A stretch of 63,083 bases of DNA, counting the filler, from Octopus bimaculoides (Eukaryota): NCBI RefSeq assembly GCF_001194135.2. It is 4 parts of 3 records of this genome, joined end to end, with 100 filler letters (N's around TTAATTAATTAA, not from the genome) between each part and the next. Parts side by side here need not be neighbours in the genome. Positions count along the whole stretch, not along the records: positions 24,061 to 44,671 come from NC_068988.1; positions 44,772 to 60,316 come from NC_068990.1; 2 more parts are not named here. One strand, 5' to 3'. Below the pieces are notes generated by a model. The model worked only from the letters and a program-made list of their open reading frames with translations. It made no database searches and was not told where the DNA came from. Shown piece by piece: positions 38,790 through 51,776 of this stretch (positions are counted from its first letter, which is position 1; every line of letters begins with the position of its first letter). The translations under genes and the position numbers were made by a program.

Positions 38790-41193
38790 ACTAATGGCTA
38801 TGAGGAACGGCAATGTTCCTTTGAACAAAATAGTTTAACTCCAACCCAAAAAATTCTATCAAGAACTTGGCAAAAATAAAATCGAGAAGAATGCAGCGCC
38901 AACAGCAGAAGTGGTAGAACTTTGGAAAGAAATATGGTCGGCGATGGAACAATCTAAGAAAAGATCTATCAAAATAATAAGTACAGCACCTCAAAAATCT
39001 GGATTCCAATAACAACAGAAGTGGTCACCTAGGGACTGCAAAATATAAGCAGCTGGAGAGCAACAGGAATACATAAAACGCTGGCTATAAATTCAATGAG
39101 ATACTGGTAGAGCCAGAGACAATGACTGAATCGCTTCCGGAAGGGAAAACTATCCTAGTACTCAAATCCAATGAAACGGTAAACCCACAAAACTACAAAC
39201 CGATACTTTGGACAATATCCGGAAGAAAACAATCTGTTTCTTAAAGAGCAGAGGGGATGCCAGAAGGTCTCATACAGCTGTAAATTTCAGCTATTGATCA
39301 ATAAAGCCATAATTGAAGACACCCGAAGTAAAACGAAGGGTGTAAGTATGAGTTGGCCCGATTATCGAAAGACTTTTGAAAGTATTCCTCACACATGGAT
39401 CATAAAAACACTGGCCATGAACAAGTAGCTCCAACAATCATAATATACATCAAACATTCCACGAATCAATGGCATACAGTGCTACAGATCCATGTAAATG
39501 AGGGACTAATAAAAACCAAAGCAATCCTCAGTGGAAGTGGAATATTCCAGGGAGACTCGCTCTCTCCACTACTTTTCTACTTGGCACGAACTACTTTATC
39601 TGATATGCTAAACAACAGAACTGGATATGGATAGAACTGCGACGGCAAAATAATCAATCATCTCTTGAATGTGTAGGATCTAAAACTTTATGCTGCAAAT
39701 AACAAGCAGCTGGAAACATTACTACAGACAGAGGATGGATTTACCAAAGATATAAACACGAAATTCGGCTTCGACAAATGTGCCAGAGCATCATTGAAAA
39801 GGGGAAAACTAGTTTAGAGTAACAATATCACACTAGATAATGCAAATGAAATAAGAAAGTTAGACTAATGTCAGATATACAAGTACTTAAGAATTAATGA
39901 ACTAGAGACGACACAACACACACAAATGAAAGAGAAGATAAGGAAGAAATGGTTTGACGAGTTGGATTAATACTGAAAATAGAGTTCATAGCGAAAAGCA
40001 AGATAAGTATCAATACTCTAGCCGTCTCAGTTATATGTTACAGCGACAATATTCTTAACTGAATTCTAAATGAACTAATCAAACTAGACAGAGAAACAAG
40101 AAAAATGATGACCGAATTTAGGATGCACCAATCAAAAACTAACTTAGAATGGTTATATATACAAAGTATTGAAGGTGGAAGAGGCCTCGTATAGCTAGAA
40201 CATTATTATAAATCAACCGCCATAGGATTACTGAAATACCTAATTCATAAGCAAGGAAAACTGGTACAAATAACGACAAAACACGGACAGCAACATAAAC
40301 TGTTTTCTGTCTCTCAGGAACCTGACAAGTACAAAAAAGAAGTCATAGTATCTGACAACTATGAAGAAAATGAAGAAAAACAAAAGCTGTAAAACAACTG
40401 AAATCTAAATCTCAAAATTGGAACAACAGCGTATGATAAAACGATGACAAGAAAAGTCCTTACATAAAAGATATTGGGTTAAATTAAACAGAATAGAAAT
40501 AGACAAATTAAATTAGCAAGAATGGTTAAGAAGCTCAAGATTCAAAGCAGAGACTGAAAGACTTTTAATTGCAGCTCAAGATCCAAGCTTTCCCACCAGA
40601 AATCACCAGAAATCACCAGAAATCACCGAAAACACATAATTAAGAATAAATACAAGTAACTGCAGATTATGTGATGATGGAGACGAAACAATAAATCATA
40701 TTGTCTCTGGCTTCCCAGTCCTGGCTAAGAAGGAATATATACACAGATATGACAGATTTGGGACCTATGTACACCGGAAGCTATGCCAACGCTATGGAAT
40801 AACAACAGAAGAAAGATGGTATTGGCACGCCCCAGAAAAGGTCTCAAAAAATAAGAAATCTGTGATATGTCAACACGCGCAGATAGTGAAATCAAGGCTA
40901 ATAAACAGATATAGTCATTAAAGATCACCAAGAAAAAATGCCTTCTAATCGATGTACCAACACCAACGGATGACAATGCATCTCTAAAAGAAACGGAGAA
41001 ACTATTAAAATACAAAGATCTGGAAATAGAAGTAACTTGAATGTGGAGTCTAAAAACTCACAATTCCCATCATAGTAAGTGCATTAAGTAAGATAAAAAA
41101 AAAACTTCAGATAAATGCATAACATAGTCACCAGGACTTACAAATATATATAACATACAAAGAATGACACTAGTAGACAGCGCGCACATCTAA
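38790..41193 (+). mobile_element. Degenerate R4/Dong-clade non-LTR retrotransposon (RT, CCHC finger, restriction-like endonuclease)
   Basis: Frame-broken motifs in order: KKFYQELG..LWKEIW; KEQRGC..QLLINKAII..DYRKTFESIPHTW; GIFQGDSLSPLLF; DLKLYA; FGFDKC; EGGRGL; AETERLLIAAQD; CRLC..ETINHIVSG; LIDVPTP..KYKDL. Confidence 0.93.
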
Positions 41194-44100
41194 TGTACAC
41201 ACACATAAACGTACATTTACAAGTATGCACATATCCCCACACGTGCAATGACTATAGATATACATACAAGATGATCATTAACTACTCTGCAACTCAGAAT
41301 TACGGATAATCTACAATCTTTCAAGACCGCACAAATTACAAAGTGTCCTCATGGCGTGTTTTATCACGAGTAGAGCATTTTGAAAACTATATACAAAGCA
41401 GTACTTTGTACAACAAATTGCTGAATACGAATTGTCAAACGGCAATAGAGTTCGCTTACCTTATTTCTCTGTCTCCAGAAAGACTCATTGTTTCGCAACA
41501 GTTGCAGACTACTTACAGAAAGGATATGTCCTAACAGAAAGCGAAAGACCGTTTTATAACGCTCTCAAATTAAAGGCTATAAATTTGATATACCTTGAAC
41601 ATATAATTGTATTCAACAAAGGTACTGAGACTGTGTGTCTTCAACAAACAACTTAATTAGAAAAATTCACCCATCGAAAAGAAGAAAAGGATAGAAAGGA
41701 TTAATTTGATAGAAAAGACTAATTATAAAATCATACCACATTGAATCCTCTTCTTTAATCTTTTCTTTGTTTGCTTTATTCTTTTAATGGTTTCAGTCGC
41801 AGGACTGCAGTCATGCTGGAGCACCGCCTTAACTTATTTTCTCTCGGTTGTGTTGTAACATTTTGGCAGTAAGTTGGTCTATGATTGAATTTGTAGCAGC
41901 TGATCTTCCCCGAGTGTATCCTTCAATGCATGACTGGTCCGGTATCATCGCAGTTTTTCCAATGTTATTTTTTAATTCTTTGTTGTAAACAACCTTCTGA
42001 TTTCAGTAAAGGTCTCGTATACAGACTGTATCCGTCGGAGGCATTGGCATGTGTAAAATATGAAGCTCCGTATCGTTTTTTCACATTGCTCGAAATATGT
42101 TTTGAGTAATTAAAAAAAAAAACAATAAAAAACATTCGACCATGATTTTCAAAACTGTAACTTTGTAAATGTCAGTCTCAGACAGATAATACAGATTAAA
42201 TATGTTGCAACACACGTTACACTAAGAATCCAGCTGAACAGACAAGATTAACTGTCACATGAATATTATATGTGACTGTATGTATTAATTTATGCATACA
42301 TACATACATACATACATACATACATGCATGCATATGTGTCTTTGGTTGTTTGCGCATGTTTGTGTGTATATGTATGTGTTTATGTGTGTGTGTGTGTGTC
42401 TGCGTGTGTGTGTGTGTGTGTGTGCGTGTGTGCATGTGTAAATACATAGTTCACATAGACTTACATATAATTTTTCTAGAGTTGAGAGCTTTGGATTGTT
42501 TTTCATTAATTCTCGTAAATCTACAATGGGAAGAAATAAGAAATGTTGATGTACGCACATATTTAGAGGCACGAATTGTTAGGCAAAGACTTGCCTCTCT
42601 ATCTACATAGCTATATGGATAGATAAACCTGACAAACCTATGTACATATTATAGGTCAGAACTGGCAAGAAAGGAATAAAAAAATTAAAAAGTATCCATG
42701 CAGACATTAAGGATCCTCAACGCGAGCATAGAAATATATGCCATGAATCAAATCGCTGAAGGTACATACATACCGATGCATTTATACCTTGAGAAATATA
42801 CAAAAATATAAATGCTACCCACTACATCTTAATCCATATCTTTCAGACCTTCTTTATTCTTGTCACGACTAAACATCAAAATACTCTTTAGGTATTCATA
42901 TAAATTTTGACCTGTACACACGGTATTCTCCACCAGCAAAGAAGTTTCTTCTTCATTTCTTAGCTATACATAAAATTCTAATGACCCTCAAAGCAACGTT
43001 GTATATTCTGGGACGGAATTCTACAACATAGGTTTTTGGTGGACAAAATGGGGCTAGAATAGAAATGGCGCTAGTGAATATCGAAGGGCCATATGGTGTA
43101 ACTTATTCGGATGACGGATATAAATATATCAACCTAAATAGTCTCGCAGAAAAAAAATCATCTCCAAAATATATTCTCCTGTGGTTACAGGAATTTATTC
43201 CTAATGATCTATAAACTACGTAGAGATAGATGGGAGAAACATCGATTGAATCTAATGGCAATACAATGGCATTTGACACCACTGTTTGCTTAGTTTAAAC
43301 ATAGACTTCGAAATGTCTCAAACATACACGAATTCTTCATCCTACTAAATAATAAATTCTTTCAAAATATAAACGTATGCATATTAATATATATATATAT
43401 ATANNNNNNNNNNNNNNNNNNNNNNNNNNNNNNNNNNNNNNNNNNNNNNNNNNNNNNNNNNNNNNNNNNNNNNNNNNNNNNNNNNNNNNNNNNNNNNNNN
43501 NNNNNNNNNNNNNNNNNNNNNNNNNNNNNNNNNNNNNNNNNNNNNNNNNNNNNNNNNNNNNNNNNNNNNNNNNNNNNNNNNNNNNNNNNNNNNNNNNNNN
43601 NNNNNNNNNNNNNNNNNNNNNNNNNNNNNNNNNNNNNNNNNNNNNNNNNNNNNNTATTACAAATTAAAAGGGTAAAGGATTATCAATTACTCTTTAATTT
43701 GTAATACGTATATACATATATATATGTATGTATATGTGTGTGTGTGTGTGTGTGTGTGGGTGTGTGTGTGTGTGTATATACATATATATATATATTAATT
43801 AATACTATGAGATGGATTTCGTATTAGACATTTATAAGATACAACATATGTTTGGACCCATCAGTCTGGGTCTCGTACTACTGTGTTTTCTCTAAGCAGT
43901 TATGAGAGAGAAAGATGATTAGGTCATTTTGTTTAAACTGGAACGCAAGATTTCCACATTCATACTTGAACTTTTTGCATTTTTATAATTTTACTCGCTT
44001 TTACTCATTCCCTAACTTGATGGGTCATATCACAAGAAGCCAACCAATAAAACTCTGTATTAATGTACCAGAAGAGAGCCATATGTTTTAACCAATAAAG

Positions 44101-44632
44101 TTGTAATACGAAATCCATCTTCTGTTATTAATTAATACTATTACCCTAACTGCCACTGCGGAGTTCCTGAAGCAGATCCAACGGACGTGTACAACAACTG
44201 TGGAAGACAAAAGGTAGCCTAAAGTGTGCCGGTGCTTTACTCAACATTTAAGCACACTAATCGAGTTATAGTCTTTTATCCAAATTATTTATTAGAAATG
44301 TGTGTGTGTGTGTGTTTATAAATGTATGTATGTATGCATGTATATATACGTATGCTTGAGTGGGAATATGGGTACATGTATACGTATGCTTTATGCATAT
44401 ATGTATTTGTGCATATATATCTATACATACTTATATAAATGCATACATATATGTAAATCCCAATATATGTATATATGTGTGTATATGCACAAATACATAT
44501 ATACAGAAGTACACAGACACACATAATGTAATATTAACACACATTTATATAGAGATATTAAAATGTTCACGTCATTTGTTGGCCTCTACTTAAACACTGA
44601 TGCAAACATATAGGTCTTATGATCACTTGTAC

Positions 44633-44671
<39 letters not shown>

Positions 44672-44771
44672 NNNNNNNNNNNNNNNNNNNNNNNNNNNNN
44701 NNNNNNNNNNNNNNNTTAATTAATTAANNNNNNNNNNNNNNNNNNNNNNNNNNNNNNNNNNNNNNNNNNNN
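44672..44771. other. Artificial scaffold-joining spacer
   Basis: 44 N + TTAATTAATTAA (44716-44727) + 44 N. Confidence 0.95.
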
Positions 44772-44881
44772 CACACACACATACAAATATACATACACAC
44801 ACAGAAACAGATACGCACACACAAACACACACACAAAAACATGCACACACGCGCACACACAAACATGCACGCACATATTCA

Positions 44882-44920
<39 letters not shown>

Positions 44921-45254
44921 TTTCTTGTAAATCTATAATAAACATGAACCCTAAAAAATACCGAGTAACTCTACAATTTCGTGTGAAATTGGTTTTCTTA
45001 CAACACGGCATTAAAACACTCACACACACACATATATATATATACACGCACACACACACACACACATACACCTGTATATACGTGTGTACACACGTGTACG
45101 TGTCCACTCACCGACAACCATACACTACAAAGACATAATCCTAATCATAAGTGTTTACTACGAGGTTTGCCATAGTAAGATTTGCAGGTCATAGCTACAA
45201 AGAAGTCACTAATTGTTGCGTTGCTATTCATAACAGCAACGCAAACTCCACAAC

Positions 45255-45306
<52 letters not shown>

Positions 45307-46463
45307 GTTGTTGTTGTTGTTGTTGTTGTTGCTGTTGTTTTGTTTGCTCTTTGTACTTTTGTTTTTGTTTTTGTTTTCCTCTCTTGAACATTATCAAAAT
45401 ATATCAATAACAAACAGAGCAAATGTTGGTTGCTCATATCTAGATTGCTTAGAAACAAAGTCATTGACATGTTACTAAGCATATCTTGGTGGTCATAGTG
45501 GTATTGGTAGTGGTGCTGCTGGTGGTGGTGATGGTGGCGGTGGTGGTGCTGCTGCTGGTGCGCGATGTCGGCAGTGGTGGAGAAGATGGTGGTAGTGCTG
45601 CTGACGACGTTAGAATCGGTAACGGTACTGTACCAGTGGTGGTTGCTGGCAGTGGTGGCGTTGCTGATGCATTTAGTGGTGGCGGTAGTGGTGGTGGTGG
45701 TGGTAGTGGTGGTGGTGGTGGTNNNNNNNNNNNNNNNNNNNNNNNNNNNNNNNNNNNNNNNNNNNNNNNNNNNNNNNNNNNNNNNNNNNNNNNNNNNNNN
45801 NNNNNNNNNNNNNNNNNNNNNNNNNNNNNNNNNNNNNNNNNNNNNNNNNNNNNNNNNNNNNNNNNNNNNNNNNNNNNNNNNNNNNNNNNNNNNNNNNNNN
45901 NNNNNNNNNNNNNNNNNNNNNNNNNNNNNNNNNNNNNNNNNNNNNNNNNNNNNNNNNNNNNNNNNNNNNNNNNNNNNNNNNNNNNNNNNNNNNNNNNNNN
46001 NNNNNNNNNNNNNNNNNNNNNNNNNNNNNNNNNNNNNNNNNNNNNNNNNNNNNNNNNNNNNNNNNNNNNNNNNNNNNNNNNNNNNNNNNNNNNNNNNNNN
46101 NNNNNNNNNNNNNNNNNNNNNNNNNNNNNNNNNNNNNNNNNNNNNNNNNNNNNNNNNNNNNNNNNNNNNNNNNNNNNNNNNNNNNNNNNNNNNNNNNNNN
46201 NNNNNNNNNNNNNNNNNNNNNNNNNNNNNNNNNNNNNNNNNNNNNNNNNNNNNNNNNNNNNNNNNNNNNNNNNNNNNNNNNNNNNNNNNNNNNNNNNNNN
46301 NNNNNNNNNNNNNNNNNNNNNNNNNNNNNNNNNNNNNNNNNNNNNNNNNNNNNNNNNNNNNNNNNNNTTATTGCTGTTGTTGCTATTTTCTTGTTATTAG
46401 CGGGGGCTGTGGAGGATGTGTATTCGCTTTTGTTGTTATTGTTGTTGTAGTAGTAGTAGTAGC

Positions 46464-46508
<45 letters not shown>

Positions 46509-46761
46509 TATACGAATCACGTTACTAGGAAATCTAGGCATGCAACAGCTGTCAACTTGCATGGGCGTCCGCACGTGTACGCATGCGCACGCAGGCGTGC
46601 GCGTATGTGTGTATGTGTATGTGTGAATAAGTATATATATATGTGTGTGCGTGTGTGTGTGTGTGTGTGTGTTCGTATGTGTGTATATATGTATGTATGT
46701 ATGTACGTGTGTGCACTCACGCATGCGTGTTTGTGCTATGTGTATATGCATGCTTTGTATG

Positions 46762-46832
<71 letters not shown>

Positions 46833-47178
46833 TTATATTCATTTGTGTGTACATATATATTTATATGCGTAGATGTATGTTTCTATATGTACATGTATGT
46901 ATATGCACGTGTAAATGCGTGCATATGTATTTGTATGCATACGTCTATATGCATATGTGTCATGTAAGTGCATAAATATGTATGTGTATATAAGCATTTA
47001 TCTTTGCGTATGTATATGTAAGTGTGCATGTCTGACTTTTTATCAATATATAGATATACGTTGTATATGTATATATGTGCGTATATGTATATATGTGTGT
47101 ATATGCATATTCAACTGCAAATGTCCATGTATATGTTATATATTTATATATATATGTATGTATGTATCATAGTCATGG

Positions 47179-47505
47179 TCATCATTATCGTCATCGTTTA
47201 ATGTCCGCCTTCCATGCTGACAGAGATTGGAAGGTTTGATAGGAAATGGCCAGACAGAATACTGTACCATACTTCTGTGTCTGTTTTGGCACGGTTTTTA
47301 CGGCCGGGTGCCCTTCCTAACACCAACCACCCCGCAGACTGGACTGAATGTTTTTTTTTTCCGTAGCTCTAGCACAGGCGAGGTCAATTTTGGTATGTTT
47401 TTTACAGCTGGATGCCCTTCTTAATGCCAACCACTTTACAGTGTGAACTGGATATTTTTTATGTAGCATCAGCACTAGCAGGGTCACGAAGTAACTTGCA
47501 AGATA
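47179..47505 (-). mobile_element. Non-autonomous retro-repeat with internally duplicated block
   Basis: Two copies of TTTTTACRGCYGGRTGCCCTTCYTAAYRCCAACCAC and a (TCA)n-like tail; RTE association is inferred from recalled similarity. Confidence 0.65.
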
Positions 47506-47689
47506 AAGATCTTTTGGAGGAAGGGGTCGACGTATACATATACGTGTGGGTAATGTCCGCACTGGGTTCTTTGATTGTATACTGGAATCGATTCTCGTAA
47601 TTTTCATGTGGAAAACGCAATACTACAAGCTAACGAGCTCCTTGCCTACAGCACAATACTGTCGCAGTATCGAACGATGAGTTGCGGTT

Positions 47690-48230
47690 CCGAATGAAAG
47701 GCAAAGTCGACCTCGGCGGAATTTGAACTAAGAGCGTAGCAATTCTTTCTACTAAAGTCACAAGACCTGAAATTTCGGGGGAAAGGGTAAGTCGATTACA
47801 TCGACCCCAGTGCATCACTGGTACTTAATTTATCGACCCCAGAAGGATGAAAGGCAAAGTCGACCTCGGCTGAATTTGAACTAAGAACGTTGCAATCCTT
47901 TCTACTATAGGCACAAGGCTTGAGAATTGGGGGAGGAGACAAGTCGATTACATCGACTCCAGTGTTTAACTGGTACTTATTTTATCGACCCCGGAAGGAT
48001 GAAAGGCAAAGTCGATCTCGGCTGAATTTGAACTAAGAACGTTGCAATCCTTTCTACTATAGGCACAAGGCTTGAGAATTGGGGGAGGGGACAAGTCGAT
48101 TACATCGACCCCAGTGTTTAACTGGTACTTATTTTATCGACTCCGAAAGGATGAAAGGCAAAGTCGACATCGGTGGAATTTGAACTCGGAACGTAAAGAC
48201 GGACCAAATGCAGCTTAGTATTTCGTCCGC
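47690..48230 (-). repeat. Tandem multimer of SINE family A, period about 152 bp
   Basis: ATGAAAGGCAAAGTCGA recurs near 47694, 47846, 47998 and 48150. Confidence 0.95.
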
Positions 48231-48321
48231 AGCTTTGTATGACTACATTAAATGGTGAAACGAATTTAGATTGGGAACTAATCAGCGTAACTTCAAATAA
48301 TTCAAGACGTTGACATAAACA

Positions 48322-48472
48322 TGCGGTATAGGAGCTTGCTTTGCAATCGCATTGTTACGGGTTCAATCCCTCTGCACGGCACTTTGGTCAAGTTTATTGT
48401 ACTATAACCTCGAGCTGACTAATGCCTTGTGAATGAATTGGCTAGATGGAAACTGCGAAAAAACCCGTCGTA
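48322..48472 (+). mobile_element. SINE family B (diverged)
   Basis: GAGCTTGCTT...GGGTTCAATCCC...GCCTTGTGAATGAATT...CCCGTCGTA. Confidence 0.8.
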
Positions 48473-48586
48473 TTTATATATTTATACTTTTATTTACTTC
48501 GAGATCCACCGTTCCAAAAATTTATTATTCCATATTCTCTCAAAGTTTATAAATTCTTATGACGTCAACAACGTGTGTGTGCGTGC

Positions 48587-48628
<42 letters not shown>

Positions 48629-48649
48629 GGGGGGGTTGTCAATATATTT

Positions 48650-48860
48650 GTATCTGTACTCCGCCCCATCGCTTGACAAGTGGTGTTGGTCTTTTTACGT
48701 TCACGTAAATTAGTATTTCGGCAAAGTGACCGAGAGTACCAGGTTTAAATTCCAGAGATAAACAAATGACTATTGAAATCGATTCGTTCGATGGAACCCG
48801 TGAAGATGGTGCTCCAGTATGGTCGCAGTTCAATGACTGAAACAAGTAAAAAAACTAAAA
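48650..48860 (+). mobile_element. SINE-like repeat, family C
   Basis: CCCCATCGCTTGACAA...GATGGTGCTCCAGTATGGTCGCAGTTCAATGACTGAAACAAGTAAAA. Confidence 0.85.
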
Positions 48861-49514
48861 GAGATCAATCATATTTTATCTAAATATCTACTATTTTAAA
48901 TTGCTTCGAGTTTATATTACATTGCTTCTAGTTTTTTTCCTCTTTTCTTTGTGTCTATATTAATTTGCTCCGAGTGCATTTTAATTTGTAGATGAAAAGG
49001 TAACGAAATTTGAACACAGTTCGTTGCAGGATGAGATCACATACTGTAAAAGTGTCTAGTCTGGCGCGCTCTACTATGTTTATCAACCAGAGGCATCGTC
49101 TTTGTCGCTAAAGTATAGACGTATTTACTGGATAAAGCCAGTGATTGATTGATTAAGAACTGATACAGCAACAACGATTTAGAAATGTTTGCACTATGTA
49201 AACGGACATTCTATATGAATAGTTGATGAGATGAACTAATAAATTTATCAATTAGATATAACAGCTGAATAGTTCCAAAAACCGATTTATATCTGATGAC
49301 TTTGTAGCACCGTTTTAACTCTCCATTCCATAATTCATTCCTTCAAATCGTTGATCTCTCTAGAATTCTCGTAGCACACAAACACACAATTACAAATAGT
49401 TCAAACGGTCGAAATATATTTTATCTCGGCAGGAAGGTGAGAAATCTAATGCTTCGGCGCAGAGAGATGAAGTGTAAATTATTAACTCAATAGAAATAGG
49501 TTCACAGTAGGCAG

Positions 49515-49690
49515 ACTATGGCTGAATGGTTAAGCAGTTCGCTTTGCAATCATAAGATTCCGGATTCTCTTCCAGGGATGGTATTTTGAGCGAGAGCCTC
49601 GCTTCGAGTCAACCCATAATTTTTGAGTGAATTTCGTAAACGGAAACTGTCATAAGAAGCCCTTCGGTTGGGATATACCTGTAATTCCAA
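49515..49690 (+). mobile_element. SINE family B (diverged)
   Basis: TGGCTGAATGGTTAAG head...GTGAATTTCGTAAACGGAAACTG...AAGCCC. Confidence 0.7.
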
Positions 49691-49704
49691 ATAAGGAATT
49701 ATAT

Positions 49705-49782
<78 letters not shown>

Positions 49783-49900
49783 GTTTATGTTTTTCCTTTT
49801 TCTTTTTTTGTCGTTTAAATTCCATGTCAGTTCTAGTAGAGTAGACTTATGGTAAAAAAATATACCAAACGTGACCATCTTGTCTCTTCGGGGGATTTAA

Positions 49901-50003
49901 TATAGATGTTTTCGATCTAGTTTGAATTCTTTGACATCAAATTTGATGGTAAAGAATTCAAATTTGATGGCAAAGAATCCAAACTAGATCGAAAACATCT
50001 ATA
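49901..50003. repeat. Near-perfect palindrome with internal 21-nt tandem duplication
   Basis: 41-nt arms (49901-49941 and 49963-50003, 2 mismatches); 49942-49962 duplicates the start of the right arm. Confidence 0.95.
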
Positions 50004-51234
50004 ATATTACAATATCCGACTTCCATATTTAAGTCAGTCGGTTGTCATTTGTGGGAGATTTGGTTGCTATTTCTAACTCGCTCAGTGATGACATAGTGTT
50101 TTCTAGCCGTAACCATCCTCTCACTGATACGTGTATCTAGGGGTACATTATCCAACACATCCATTTTTATGACAGCAGAGTGTGATAAACTGGAGAATTG
50201 GATGTAATTTCTGCGTATGTATATACGTGTGTCTATGTTTACGTGTAGTGTGAACAGAAATTTAAGAATCTGAACAGAAAGTAATTCATATTAAGTGGTA
50301 ATAGGTAATAGGTATGTCATTTCTTAGAAAAGAAGTGCATGAAAAGAAATCGACAAATGTGACAGGAATGCTGAACAGGCAGGTAATAATTCTTGTTAAG
50401 ACTGAGTTTCTCGTTTCGCTTTTATATCGAAAACATGCTTTTGTTGTGGAAGTAAAGTAAGATTAATTACTTGGAACCAGTATCAAAGGAAAGAATTTTA
50501 TTGATGTATTGATGTAATCAAATGAAGAAATTGTCTATAGATTGTTGCAGATGTTGGACGAAAAGTTTAAAGAAAAACTTTCTCAACGATTTCTCTGGGA
50601 TAATTGGCTTCACTAAACACAAAAATACGGAGAATAATAAATAATCCGAAACACGATAATAAATAAATATTACTGTTATTCTGGAACCAGCTAGAACAAG
50701 AAAGAAAATTTCGTTCGTGAGATGTGAATAATTTCTTTAGAAGATCTCAAAAGACAAGCATTTGGAAAAGTCTGCAAGAAATTAACTAACCTAGAGCTTG
50801 TTGCATATCGACCTGCATGAAATAAACACGAAGAGGTCGACGAGGGAGCCACTATGTTTTCGATCAATATGCTAGATATTGAAGTAAAAATTACCTCAAA
50901 TTGCAACCTACCATCTTTCAAAAAAGGCAGGCGGAGTAGGATAATATAGTCCAGAGAACATTACAGAATAGATATATAAATGATGGAATGGCCGCGACTG
51001 GAATGCTTTTGGCTAAAGGTCTACTCAATCACGGCCGGCTTGGGGTTAAATATAACAAAATTAGATTCTTTTTCTATTTCTTTCATAGTAAACTTCTTTG
51101 GTTGTGTTTTCGCTTTGTACTTCTACACTTTTTCAGTCGTGTGCCTAAGACCGTGTATTATTTGTGTTTGTTTCTTCTTTGCCTCATAATCTTCTAAAAC
51201 TTATTTTCGTGATTTTTATCTATCTACCAATTTA

Positions 51235-51269
<35 letters not shown>

Positions 51270-51682
51270 GCCTGCCTGTCTGTATGTATATATGTATGTA
51301 TGTAGGTATGTATGTGTGTATGTTTCTTTATATACACACACGTGCATACATATAAGAATGCATTTTGTATGTAATGTGATCTGGCCAATGAACATAAGCC
51401 TTCAGTGAAAGTCGATTATAACCAATGTTTTTGTGAAGAGCTAAATAGGTTACACCGTCGATGGTATAATCACAACACCAATTATTGACAACCGGTGTTG
51501 ATTTGTTTACGCCCTTGTGACTCCACGGCTCGGCAAAAGAAATCGGTTAAATAATGGTATAATAATAAAAAGCAGAAAATTAGCAAATTGATTATAAGAG
51601 GCCTTGGGCACCAGCAAACGTCTGGGTAAAATAAAATAAAAGAGTGGGTTTTCTCTTCATCTTTTCTTTCATTGAGAACCAC

Positions 51683-51776
51683 TTCCCATCGCCAACCGGT
51701 GGTTGTCACACACTGATGACAGGTCAATACTCAGAAACTCGGGTCCGTGTGTATCACGTCAGGCTGGAGATGGGAA
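51683..51776 (+). ncRNA. Decayed type I hammerhead-ribozyme-like motif
   Basis: CTGATGA (51713-51719), GAAA (51734-51737), minimal stem III AC-TCGG-GT, GTC cleavage triplet (51743-51745), stem I CACAC/GTGTG with outer helices; stem II is broken. Confidence 0.45.

Noticed and set aside
45486-45722. Gly/Val-rich ORF resembling a structural protein
   Set aside because: Degenerate (GGT)n array running into a gap; all frames are low-complexity.
47690-48230. CRISPR-like array
   Set aside because: Units are full-length near-identical SINE copies without unique spacers, in a eukaryotic context.
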